Source of the DNA: Phycisphaerales bacterium UBA3158
GTDB lineage: Bacteria > Planctomycetota > Phycisphaerae > Phycisphaerales > SM1A02
Direction: 5' to 3'
Assembly: GCA_002364555.1 (NCBI GenBank)
Contig: DEYM01000086.1
Span: 1 to 50,912 of the forward strand
DNA length: 50,912 bases
Shown here: positions 9,285-18,256 of the stretch, one piece after another
Layout of the letters: each line of letters starts with the position of its first letter
Position numbering within the stretch: position 1 is the stretch's first letter
Notes under the pieces: model-generated
What the model was told of the DNA's origin: nothing
The model's database searches: none
Seen by the model: only the letters and a program-made list of their open reading frames with translations
Program-made: the position numbers and the translations under genes

Positions 9285-10324
9285 TGCCATTTCGACCCGG
9301 ACAGAAACTACCTGATCGAGCGATTGACCTGGAAGGTCCCGTCAAGGCAGCGGTGCTTCTGCTGAGTCTTGATGAGCAGACCGCCTCGTCCATGTTGAGA
9401 GAGCTTCCGACCGAGGTCGTTCAGAGTGTGACGTCGATCGTGGCGGCTATCGAGGAAGTGCCGCCATCGCTGGCGGAGGAGGTGGTCGAGGAGTACTACA
9501 GCCTTCAACTGGCCAGTCGATATGTCCGTGAAGGCGGGCTCGACTACGCAAGACGCTTGTTGAACGATTCCCTCGATAGTGAACGAGCTGAACTCGTCAT
9601 GCATCAGGTCGAAAACCAGGTTCAGCGCACGCCATTCAGTTTCCTTCGTCGAGTGGAGTCCGATACGCTGCTGGCATTCATCCAGGAGGAGCATCCGCAG
9701 ACGATCGCCTTGATCGCGAGCCATCTCGATCAGGACCGGGCTTCAGAGATTCTGGTTGGACTGCCATCCGAGAAGCAGATCGAAGTCGTCCGTCGAGTCG
9801 CGAACATGGAGCAGACGAATCCGGATCTGGTTCAGGAGGTGGAGGCCGGTCTTGAAGACCGACTGGCCAGCATGCTCTCGAGTTCCTCGGAGCGAGTCGG
9901 TGGAGTCAAGGCCGTTGCCGAAGTGCTCAACCTCTGCGACCGTAATACAGAGCGAACGATCATGGAGGGCATGGAAGTGGACAGCCCCGACCTGGTCGAG
10001 AACATCAGGCGACTGATGTTCGTGTTCGAGGATGTCCGATTCGTCAACGACCGGGGAATCCAGACGGTTCTCAAGGAGATCGACAACGACATGCTCGCAC
10101 TTGCATTGAAGACGGCCACGGAGGATCTTCGCGAGAAGATCTTCTCGAACATGTCCGAGCGTGCGGCGGAAGTCGTTCGGGAAGACATGGAGTTCATGGG
10201 TCCTGTCCGACTCAGTGATGTGGAAGCCGCGCAGCAGAGAATCGTCGACATCGTCCGTCGTCTCGAGGATGCCGGTGAGCTGATCGTCAGTGGCCGTGGT
10301 GGCGATGCGGAAGTCGTGGTTTAG
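9284..10324 (+). CDS. fliG: Flagellar motor switch protein FliG
   Basis: Motifs EEHPQTIALIASHL and RRLMFVFEDV, plus the C-terminal torque-helix region. I chose the ATG at 9284, which shares one base with the fliF TGA (TGATG overlap) and is preceded by GGAGAG. The longest ORF starts at 9263. Confidence 0.9.
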   Translation: MPFRPGQKLPDRAIDLEGPVKAAVLLLSLDEQTASSMLRELPTEVVQSVTSIVAAIEEVPPSLAEEVVEEYYSLQLASRYVREGGLDYARRLLNDSLDSERAELVMHQVENQVQRTPFSFLRRVESDTLLAFIQEEHPQTIALIASHLDQDRASEILVGLPSEKQIEVVRRVANMEQTNPDLVQEVEAGLEDRLASMLSSSSERVGGVKAVAEVLNLCDRNTERTIMEGMEVDSPDLVENIRRLMFVFEDVRFVNDRGIQTVLKEIDNDMLALALKTATEDLREKIFSNMSERAAEVVREDMEFMGPVRLSDVEAAQQRIVDIVRRLEDAGELIVSGRGGDAEVVV

Positions 10325-10333
10325 GAGTTCAGC

Positions 10334-11071
10334 ATGACGCTCATCAAGGCCAGTGAAACAATCGATCTGTCCTCGTCCTCACGGACACCGGAACACATCG
10401 AGGCGAATGTTTCGAACATCGTTGATCGTGCCAGAAACGATGCCACTCGCATCATCGCGACGGCTCTTGACGGCGTCCGGGGTCAAGTCGACCAGATACG
10501 CGAGGCCGCTCGTCAGGAGGGACTCGAGGCAGGTCGTGAAAAGGGATATCAGCAGGGGCTTGCAGAGGGTCGGGCAGCGGGTGAGAAGGCCATGGCTTCC
10601 GATCTTCAGTCACTGCGTCAGACATGGTTCGATCTACTCTCGAACTGGGAACAGACCGAACGGGAAAGACGTGACACATCGTCGATGCAGGCCATGAAGC
10701 TGGCATTGGCGTTCGCCGAACGGATCATCCATCGAAAAGTGGACCACGATCCCGAGGTGGTCGTCGATCAACTCAGGCATGTGCTGGATCTGGCCCAGTC
10801 ACCATCGGATCTCGAGATCATCGTTTCTGAATCGGATCGTGAACGGGTGCATCAGGCGCTTCCTGGTCTTCTCGAGAAGTTCGAGAGTGCTGGATATGTG
10901 ACCATACAGACGTCCGATTCGATGTCGGCCGGTGGCTGTGTACTTCGAATGCGAGGAGGGGAGATCGATTCGTCGATCGAACTCCAGCTGGAACGTCTCG
11001 TTGCCGCCATGATCCCAGAGGTAGGCGTCGATCACGCCATATCGGTCCAGATCGAGGAAGAGGCTGCATGA
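10334..11071 (+). CDS. fliH: Flagellar assembly protein FliH
   Basis: The charged Gly/Ala/Glu-rich segment EAARQEGLEAGREKGYQQGLAEGRAAGEK and the C-terminal FliH/YscL-type domain are present. It lies between fliG and fliI, and its stop overlaps the fliI start (ATGA at 11068). Confidence 0.85.
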   Translation: MTLIKASETIDLSSSSRTPEHIEANVSNIVDRARNDATRIIATALDGVRGQVDQIREAARQEGLEAGREKGYQQGLAEGRAAGEKAMASDLQSLRQTWFDLLSNWEQTERERRDTSSMQAMKLALAFAERIIHRKVDHDPEVVVDQLRHVLDLAQSPSDLEIIVSESDRERVHQALPGLLEKFESAGYVTIQTSDSMSAGGCVLRMRGGEIDSSIELQLERLVAAMIPEVGVDHAISVQIEEEAA

Positions 11072-12465
11072 CGCTGCTGTCCGACGCCATCGATGTGCTG
11101 CCGGCATTGCAGACACGAGGAATCAGCGGATCCGTGAAGGCCGTCCGGGGTCTGGCCATCCATGCGCAGCATCTTCCGCTCTCGGTCGGTTCCGCCGTCT
11201 CGGTGGATGTCGATGGCATGGGAAGCTCGTCACGTCAAGGCGAGGTGGTCGGTTTTCAAGATCATGAACACGTCGTCATGCTCTACGAGGGTCTTGATGG
11301 AATTCGGCCTGGATGTCCCATACGAGGACTCCACAGTTCGGGAAGACTGGCATCGCTCGGTCCAGGGCTGCTGGGTAGGGTGATCGATGGTCTGGGACGA
11401 CCACTGGATGGACGTGGGCCGATTCGATTCGAGAGCATGCGGCCACTTGTCGGAGCCGGAATAGAGCCATTGTCCCGTTCACCCGTCCAGGTTCCCTTTT
11501 CAACCGGTATCAAGGTCATCGATTCGATGACGACACTGGGACGTGGACAGCGAATGGGCATCTTCTCGCGCCCCGGTGTGGGCAAGTCGACTCTACTCGC
11601 ATCAATCGCACGTCATGCTTCCAGTGATGTGAATGTCATAGCGTTGATCGGAGAGCGTGGACGGGAAGTCCAGGACTTCATCCGGGAATCCCTTGGTCCC
11701 GAAGGGTTGTCGAGATCGGTCGTGGTGGTGGCGACGAGTGATGAATCCCCTCTGCTACGAGTCCGAGCGTCACTTCTGGCCACGGCCATCGCGGAATACT
11801 TCAGGGATATGGATGGTGGTCGTCATGTGCTTCTGGCCATGGATTCCCTGACGCGTTTCGCTCAGGCCCAAAGGCAGGTCGGACTGGCAAGTGGAGAGAG
11901 TCCGGCGATGCGTGGGTATCCGCCCTCGGTCTTCTCCATGCTCCCGGTTCTGGTGGAAAGAGCAGGTTCATTGACTGATCGTGCGTCGATTACGGGGCTC
12001 TACACCGTTCTGGTGGAGGGTGATGACATTGCGGAGCCCGTTTCAGATGCCGCGCAGAGTGTTCTCGATGGACACCTGGTCCTGTGTCCCAAGCTGGCAT
12101 CGAGAGGAACCTACCCTGCGGTCGATTGCCTTCAGAGTATTTCACGTGTCGCCGAACGACTGAGTGATGAGAATCATCGCGCCGGCAGAGCCGAATTGAA
12201 GAAACTACTGGCGGCATTGGAGGATGTCGAAGAGCTTCTGGCCATCGGTGCCTACGTCAAGGGGAATGACCCGGTGACGGATACCGCGATCGAGATACGT
12301 GATCGTATCGCTCAATTCCTCCAACAGCCCTCGGATGAATCATTCGACTTTCCCGATACCTGTCGATCACTGGTGAAGCTGGCCACCGATGCCATCCGCA
12401 TGAGACAGCGACTCGTGTCGGGCAAGGCCGGCATCGGGAGAGCAGCGGGGGCGACAGGAGCATGA
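11068..12465 (+). CDS. fliI: Flagellum-specific ATPase FliI
   Basis: Walker A GIFSRPGVGKSTLL, Walker B HVLLAMDSLTRFA, and overall F1/T3SS-ATPase similarity. Confidence 0.95.
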   Translation: MTLLSDAIDVLPALQTRGISGSVKAVRGLAIHAQHLPLSVGSAVSVDVDGMGSSSRQGEVVGFQDHEHVVMLYEGLDGIRPGCPIRGLHSSGRLASLGPGLLGRVIDGLGRPLDGRGPIRFESMRPLVGAGIEPLSRSPVQVPFSTGIKVIDSMTTLGRGQRMGIFSRPGVGKSTLLASIARHASSDVNVIALIGERGREVQDFIRESLGPEGLSRSVVVVATSDESPLLRVRASLLATAIAEYFRDMDGGRHVLLAMDSLTRFAQAQRQVGLASGESPAMRGYPPSVFSMLPVLVERAGSLTDRASITGLYTVLVEGDDIAEPVSDAAQSVLDGHLVLCPKLASRGTYPAVDCLQSISRVAERLSDENHRAGRAELKKLLAALEDVEELLAIGAYVKGNDPVTDTAIEIRDRIAQFLQQPSDESFDFPDTCRSLVKLATDAIRMRQRLVSGKAGIGRAAGATGA

Positions 12466-12908
12466 GTAGTCGACGCTTTGCATTCCGGCTCCAGCGAGTC
12501 CTCGATGTCCGCAAGCGAATGGAGCAGGCGGCTCGACAGGAGTTGTCTGTCCTGAATGGCCAGAGGAACCGCCTTGACGAGAAGCTGCGTGATGCCGAAC
12601 ACAGGCGCCTCGAGGCGCTTCATCTGCATCGATCTGGAATGGTCGGTTCCGTGGAGATCGACATGCTCCGGATGCATGCGTCAGTCAGTCGTCAGGAGGC
12701 ATCTCATGCCCACTCGCTGATTCTGGAGAGAGCGGCGCTCGAGCCCCGGATCGAATCCGCTCGACAATCCCTGCTGAAGGCGAGTTCCGCCAGACGAGGA
12801 CTCGAGTACCTGCATGATCAGGCCCATGTCGAATGGAAACGGGAATGCCGAAGATCGGAACGAAGAGACGAGTTGGAAATCAGCATGATTGGAAGCAGCA
12901 CGCAATGA
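12462..12908 (+). CDS. fliJ: Flagellar export protein FliJ
   Basis: 148-aa coiled-coil protein. The N-terminus FAFRLQRVLDVRKRMEQAARQELS is typical of FliJ. ATGA overlaps occur at both ends. Confidence 0.8.
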   Translation: MSSRRFAFRLQRVLDVRKRMEQAARQELSVLNGQRNRLDEKLRDAEHRRLEALHLHRSGMVGSVEIDMLRMHASVSRQEASHAHSLILERAALEPRIESARQSLLKASSARRGLEYLHDQAHVEWKRECRRSERRDELEISMIGSSTQ

Positions 12909-13618
12909 AAAGACTCTGGCATATCGTTTCCACCGCTTCATTTCTGCTGATTCTCTCCGGGGGACTGTTGGTTCTATGGTTGTGGTCGACCAGTCGATTG
13001 GATTCGGATCGGATGAATTCCATGTATTCGATCTTCATGGATACGGGCGAGCTGGAAATCGAGGAGCCCACTTCGGGGCTCGATGAAGAACGTTCCGTTC
13101 CAGGCAGCAGCGCCAGACAGCTGGTCATGCGCAATGACGAAACAAGACGTCTCGCCGTCGACTATCAGTTGCTTCAGCATCAGGCGACGGCCCGACAAAG
13201 CCAGATAGACATGGCGCTCCAGTCACTCTCACAGGCGAGAGAGGCGTTGGCCGTCGAGCGGGCAGCCTTCAAGATGGCACAAAATGCCGCTGAGAGTCCG
13301 CCAGCGGGCAGAGATCCTGAAACGCAGTTCCTTCGATCGATCGATCTGATCGAGGCGGCGCAGCCCGCTCAAGCCAAGATCTGGCTTCTGGCCATGGTCG
13401 AGCAGGGTCGGTTCGAGCATGCCGTCGCGACTCTCGATTCGATGCAGCAGCGATCAGCCAGTCGTGTGCTCAGGGAATTTCAATCGGCTGCAGAGATGGA
13501 ACTGGCAGGGAAGTTGCTGGAAGCCCTAGGGCGATATGGGACCGATTCATGGCCCATTCCCTCCAAGGAGCTTTCTGACAGTGTTTCCCTCGGCGACGAA
13601 CCCGTCATCACCCCCTGA
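12905..13618 (+). CDS. Flagellar-operon membrane protein, YlxF-like (MgtE-N-like C-terminal region, tentative)
   Basis: The ATG at 12905 overlaps the fliJ TGA. It has an N-terminal TM (IVSTASFLLILSGGLLVLWLW), then a coiled coil, then a helical region AQAKIWLLAMVEQGRFEHAVATLDSMQQRSASRVLREF. It occupies the fliJ-ylxF-fliK slot of Bacillus-type operons. Confidence 0.6.
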   Translation: MKRLWHIVSTASFLLILSGGLLVLWLWSTSRLDSDRMNSMYSIFMDTGELEIEEPTSGLDEERSVPGSSARQLVMRNDETRRLAVDYQLLQHQATARQSQIDMALQSLSQAREALAVERAAFKMAQNAAESPPAGRDPETQFLRSIDLIEAAQPAQAKIWLLAMVEQGRFEHAVATLDSMQQRSASRVLREFQSAAEMELAGKLLEALGRYGTDSWPIPSKELSDSVSLGDEPVITP

Positions 13619-13634
13619 CTCACGTTGGGCATCA

Positions 13635-14657
13635 ATGGCCTTTGCGAACCTCTCAGAAGGGTTGGGGGCTGTCTATGACCCTGCATTGGGTGCGCCGCAT
13701 GTGTCTGACATGCTCAAGAAGAGTTCATCGCTCTCCGAGTCGATCGCCGAGCAGTTGGAGGAGGATCTTGAGCGTGAGACGCATCTCACTGCGCAGGATT
13801 CGCATGAAATAGACGATGATGACGCGCAAATACGGCGCCCGCAGAGCGGCACCGATGTCCCAGATGGAACACCTGGCCAGCGTTCCACGAATTCAGGTTC
13901 ATTATCCCGGGATGCCAATTCCCCGGTTCGTTCGTCGAAGACGACGACGGGTCCATCAACGGACAAAGGCACTTCCGTGCGTCCGAATGCAGTGGTAGAG
14001 ACCGTTTCCAGATCAAATCGACCGACTTCTGTTGAGGGCAAGTCGATTCAGGCATCCCAGCCAGTATCTCCTGCCGCAGTCAGAGGTGTGCCGGCGGCGG
14101 TATTGCGGGCCATCGAGGTCGAAGCCAACATAGAAGCCGGTTCCCGGAACATCACCACCAACAGGGGCCCGCAGCCGGTCAAAGGCAGTGGGGGGTCCGC
14201 GGTGAAGTCGATGGGCGAGGCGGAGATCAGAACACTCAAGGGGATGACGGCATTGATGGCTCAACGCGGGGGTCGAATGCGAGTGCAGCTCAATCCGCTT
14301 CAGCTGGGATCGGTGATGATCGATGTGAAGGTCGACGGAGGACGTGTGGAGGCCTCCATCGAGGCCGCGACCAAATCCGCAGTGAGAGTTCTCGAGGCAT
14401 CCACTTCACGGTTGAAACTATCCCTGGAGTCGCAGGGATACACGCTCGATCGAATCGAAATCAAGCATGAGCCGCAATCATCGTCGACAACCGAGGATTC
14501 CCAATCCGATCGGGAATCACCTCAATCCCAAGCCGAGCAATCGGATTCCGATGGCCAAAGCCGCTGGGACCGAATGTCCAAGAGGCATCGGGCATCCCAT
14601 GCCTCCAATGAAGAATTCAACTTGTCTGAGCAAATTGGACAGGAGATCAATCCATGA
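13635..14657 (+). CDS. fliK: Flagellar hook-length control protein FliK
   Basis: A Ser/Pro/Thr-rich, apparently disordered N-terminal part is followed by a C-terminal Flg_hook-type domain (RVQLNPLQLGSVMIDVKVDGGRVEASIEAATKSAVRVLEAS). It sits just before flgD. I placed the start at ATG 13635, downstream of the preceding gene's stop. Confidence 0.8.
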   Translation: MAFANLSEGLGAVYDPALGAPHVSDMLKKSSSLSESIAEQLEEDLERETHLTAQDSHEIDDDDAQIRRPQSGTDVPDGTPGQRSTNSGSLSRDANSPVRSSKTTTGPSTDKGTSVRPNAVVETVSRSNRPTSVEGKSIQASQPVSPAAVRGVPAAVLRAIEVEANIEAGSRNITTNRGPQPVKGSGGSAVKSMGEAEIRTLKGMTALMAQRGGRMRVQLNPLQLGSVMIDVKVDGGRVEASIEAATKSAVRVLEASTSRLKLSLESQGYTLDRIEIKHEPQSSSTTEDSQSDRESPQSQAEQSDSDGQSRWDRMSKRHRASHASNEEFNLSEQIGQEINP

Positions 14658-15211
14658 GTCAGATCAATGCCCCGGATCTCTTCGGTTCCGTAGACAGAAC
14701 CACCACGAGCGGGTTCGCCTCGATGAGTTCGGAAGACTTCATCAAGATCATGTTCACCGAGTTGACGAATCAGGATCCACTGGCTCCTACGGATTCGGCG
14801 GCGCTCCTTGAACAGATGAACTCGATCAGATCCATCGAATCCGATATGCAGATGGTCGACAACATGCAGTCGCTGGTGTTCGAGAACCAGCTCGCTTCAG
14901 CCAGCAGTCTCATTGGCAAGTTCGTCGGTGGTCTTGACTGGAGCGGGGTCAGGATTGGTGGCGTGGTTTCCGCGGTCATCAGACAAGGTGATGAGATCGC
15001 TCTTGAACTGGATAGCGGCGCGTTTCTGCCCGTTTCAGGGGTGGAGACGATCATCACCCAGGATGTGCTCGATTCAATCGGTTCGGATTCGTCCGCTGAA
15101 GAAAACGATTCGGATGAGGAATCCGATCCGGCCGGCGACTCCGATGATGGTGCCGAGAACGGCGAAGACGATTCTGGCAATGACGACGATGAGAACGGCC
15201 AGGGTCTGTAG
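14654..15211 (+). CDS. flgD: Flagellar hook assembly (capping) protein FlgD
   Basis: FlgD N-terminal signature DFIKIMFTELTNQDPLAPTDSAALLEQMNSIRSIE. A short beta-rich middle region follows, then an unusually acidic 45-50-aa tail. Confidence 0.88.
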   Translation: MSQINAPDLFGSVDRTTTSGFASMSSEDFIKIMFTELTNQDPLAPTDSAALLEQMNSIRSIESDMQMVDNMQSLVFENQLASASSLIGKFVGGLDWSGVRIGGVVSAVIRQGDEIALELDSGAFLPVSGVETIITQDVLDSIGSDSSAEENDSDEESDPAGDSDDGAENGEDDSGNDDDENGQGL

Positions 15212-15254
15212 GTTTGAATTGAAATCATCCATGGGATGATTCGAGGAGGCACTC

Positions 15255-17087
15255 ATGGCTACATCCAACGCATTGTTCACGGGTCTCACCGGTCTACTGA
15301 GCAATCAGCGACGACTCGATGTCATCGGCAACAACATAGCCAACGTCGGCACGACTTCCTTCAAGTCGAGCCGGATGCTCTTCTCGACCCTGTATGCCCA
15401 GACGAGATCGACGGGATCCGCTCCAGGTCTGTCCGGCGGAACGAATCCCACCCAGGTCGGCAGCGGCGCCATGATCGCCGGCACACAACGGAACTTCGCT
15501 GGTGGTGCCATAACCGCGACGGGAATCGCCACGGACATGGCGATCGATGGAGATGGATTCTTCATCGCTCAGATGAATGGTCAGACGCTCTACACGCGTG
15601 ATGGAACCTTCCAACTCGATGAGAACAGACGTCTCGTCACCGAGCAGGGTGCCTACGTTATGGGATGGGGCGTCGACGACCAATGGAACATCATGGAAGG
15701 ACAGCTTCAATCACTGGACATTCCCCTTGGTCTGCTGACTGCCGCGCAAGCGACCCAGAACATCTATCTGGATGGATCACTCGATGCCACGGGTGACAGT
15801 GCGACCACCGGTTCGATTCATCGTTCTGGGGCCCTGTTCACGGATGTTGGAATGGGTTCGGCATTGCCCTGGACATGGGATCCGGACAATCCGGACATGG
15901 CCGGAGGCGTCCAGCCGGATCTCACCGTCGCCGGCAACAACCTGTACGTCGACGATGGCAACGGTGTCGCGCAGCTGGCCATCGAAGGCGGCGCCCAGGC
16001 GATGATCACGATCGACGGTATCGAGAAGAACGGACAGACCGTTGGAACGTATTCGTTCCTGTTCGGATCCGAGGATCAGGCGATCGCCGCCGGTGCCGAT
16101 GGCTGGGGTTCGAACATGTCGGACTTTACAGGATGGCTCGGTACCGCACTTGGACTGAGCAACGATGACATCGCCGGTCAGACGTTGGGCGGTCGAGTGG
16201 AGATCGATCCTTCTGGTTCACTGCTGATCATGGGCAATGAAGGGACGGTTCAGGATCTCGATCTGTCCAGTGGGGATTTCTCGGTTACCTATGCCGGTGT
16301 TCCGGAAGGAGATCTGGTGGCTGGTGATCCGCAGGTCAATCCATTCACCTTCACCTCCGAGCAGGCGGCCGACGGCGAGTCGATCAGGACCTCGTTCGTC
16401 GCCTACGATTCCCTGGGCGAGACCATCACGATCCACGTCTCGATGGTTCTGCAGGAGAGTCTCGACAATGGCGGCACCGAGTGGACCTTCCTGGCCGAAT
16501 CACCCGATGCCTCCGGGTTGAACGGTATCGTGGGCAATGGAACACTTGTTTTCGATTCCTCCGGATCCTTCGTCTCCGCTTCAAACACCACACTCACGAT
16601 TCCGCTTGAAAACGGTGCCGATTCCCCATTGGTTCTGAACCTCGACTTCGATGAGGGCACCAATGGCGTGACGGCGTTGGCGGATGCCAACAGCGTTCTG
16701 GCAGCGATGTCTCAGGATGGTTTTACCGGAGGGGAGCTCGTGTCATTCTCAGTGAGTGATGACGGCACCATTCTGGGCGCCTTCACCAACGGGGTGACCC
16801 GAAAACTGGGGCAGGTTGCTCTGGCCGTCTTCAGCAATCCCGGTGGGCTCGAGGACATGGGCGACAACGTCTATCGTGTCGGGCCCAATTCGGGGGACCC
16901 GCTCATCACGGATGCGGCAGCGCTTGGTGCCGGCCGGATCGTGAGTGGTGCTCTGGAGATGTCCAATGTGGATCTTTCCCAGGAGTTCATCAACATGATT
17001 CTCGCTTCAACCGGCTATCAGGCAAACAGCCGTGTGATCAACGCCTCCAACGAGATGCTGGACCAGTTGATGTTGATGGCTCGCTAG
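15255..17087 (+). CDS. flgE: Flagellar hook protein FlgE
   Basis: N-terminal ALFTGLTGLLSNQRRLDVIGNNIANVGTTSFK and C-terminal ALEMSNVDLSQEFINMILASTGYQANSRVINASNEMLDQL are canonical. GAGGAGG lies 6 nt upstream of the ATG. Confidence 0.93.
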   Translation: MATSNALFTGLTGLLSNQRRLDVIGNNIANVGTTSFKSSRMLFSTLYAQTRSTGSAPGLSGGTNPTQVGSGAMIAGTQRNFAGGAITATGIATDMAIDGDGFFIAQMNGQTLYTRDGTFQLDENRRLVTEQGAYVMGWGVDDQWNIMEGQLQSLDIPLGLLTAAQATQNIYLDGSLDATGDSATTGSIHRSGALFTDVGMGSALPWTWDPDNPDMAGGVQPDLTVAGNNLYVDDGNGVAQLAIEGGAQAMITIDGIEKNGQTVGTYSFLFGSEDQAIAAGADGWGSNMSDFTGWLGTALGLSNDDIAGQTLGGRVEIDPSGSLLIMGNEGTVQDLDLSSGDFSVTYAGVPEGDLVAGDPQVNPFTFTSEQAADGESIRTSFVAYDSLGETITIHVSMVLQESLDNGGTEWTFLAESPDASGLNGIVGNGTLVFDSSGSFVSASNTTLTIPLENGADSPLVLNLDFDEGTNGVTALADANSVLAAMSQDGFTGGELVSFSVSDDGTILGAFTNGVTRKLGQVALAVFSNPGGLEDMGDNVYRVGPNSGDPLITDAAALGAGRIVSGALEMSNVDLSQEFINMILASTGYQANSRVINASNEMLDQLMLMAR

Positions 17088-18229
17088 CTACGACGGAAAG
17101 TCGTTCTCTGCATCATCAGTTCGAGTGTCTGTGTCACCAGTCCCACATCCCGATCGGTCAGCCCGCCGAAGATCGGAAGCGCGATGGTTCTCTGTGAGAC
17201 GAATTCGGCAACAGGCCATCCGTTTCGATCGTCTTCGACAGTCGTCCTATCGGACACCTGGGGAATCAACGGTGGAGGCGTCCATGGAGCGGCGACCGCG
17301 ATGTCGTGTCTGTCCATGCCGCCGAGTATCTCATCCCGTTCATCACAACCATAGGCATCGTCCAGTCGAACAACGAAAGCGGGCCAGCCACGTGAGGTTC
17401 CGGGATCGACTGTTGGAATGACCAGATCACTGGTTCCCGCCAGTCGCTGAGTGTAGCTGGATGCCGCGGAGGCTCTGGCCGAGAGGATCTCGTCAATGTG
17501 TCGCAGTTGCGACATGGCCACGGCGGCCTGGATATCGGTGAGTCTGGATTGTCGACCGATCGGTCCGGGATGATCGTCCTGGTTTCGAGAACAGTCGAGG
17601 GCCGCTCCGGACTGCAGCGATCGACATCTCTGTGCGAGATGCAGATTGGATGTCGTGACGCCACCTCCCTGACCGCAGCCGATGACGGAGCCCTCCCCGA
17701 GATCGATGATGCTCGCCCATCCGAAGGATCCGGCATGACGTCCATCGACAGTCGCGCCGAGTCCACCGGAGACATCCTCGATCATCGGGATCTCCAGCTG
17801 TCCGCACAAAGAGGCGATCTGAGGTAGATCGGCTGGATTTCCAAAGACATTCGTGGCAACGATGGCACGGGTCTCCGGCCTTACCAGTTTCTGGATGGCC
17901 TCGGCATCGATGTTCAGTGTCCTGGGATTGCAGTCCGCATAGACGGGCGTCGCCCCAGTCGAGAGCACGGCAGTGGTCATGGTGGTCGAAGCGAAGGCTG
18001 GAAGGATGATTTCATGACCTTCATGGATATCCATCGCCATCAACAGAAGGGATGCGGCATCGGCATAGGTCGCGAATACGACTCCCTCGGATTGCTTCGT
18101 CTGTTGCGCCAGTTCGTGTGACAGCGTCTCCGTTGTGGAACCATGCATCATGTTTCCATTGCAGAGTTCCTGTGCAAGATCCTGCAACTCGCGTCCAGGG
18201 AGGTCGTGTTGGAACAGCGGTATGTTCAT
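17084..18229 (-). CDS. DegT/DnrJ/EryC1-fold (fold type I aminotransferase-like) protein lacking the usual PLP lysine
   Basis: The overall layout resembles sugar aminotransferases (IPLFQHDL..., IILPAFASTTMTTAVLSTGATPVYADC, AIVATNVFGNPADL, PMIEDVSGGLGA, GSFGWASII). The whole protein has only two Lys (K45, K114). None lies in the expected GEGS/GQGGG region around residues 178-190. Confidence 0.7.
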   Translation of the reverse strand: MNIPLFQHDLPGRELQDLAQELCNGNMMHGSTTETLSHELAQQTKQSEGVVFATYADAASLLLMAMDIHEGHEIILPAFASTTMTTAVLSTGATPVYADCNPRTLNIDAEAIQKLVRPETRAIVATNVFGNPADLPQIASLCGQLEIPMIEDVSGGLGATVDGRHAGSFGWASIIDLGEGSVIGCGQGGGVTTSNLHLAQRCRSLQSGAALDCSRNQDDHPGPIGRQSRLTDIQAAVAMSQLRHIDEILSARASAASSYTQRLAGTSDLVIPTVDPGTSRGWPAFVVRLDDAYGCDERDEILGGMDRHDIAVAAPWTPPPLIPQVSDRTTVEDDRNGWPVAEFVSQRTIALPIFGGLTDRDVGLVTQTLELMMQRTTFRRS

Positions 18230-18256
18230 GGTGGTGTCGATTCCGGAAGTTCTTGA

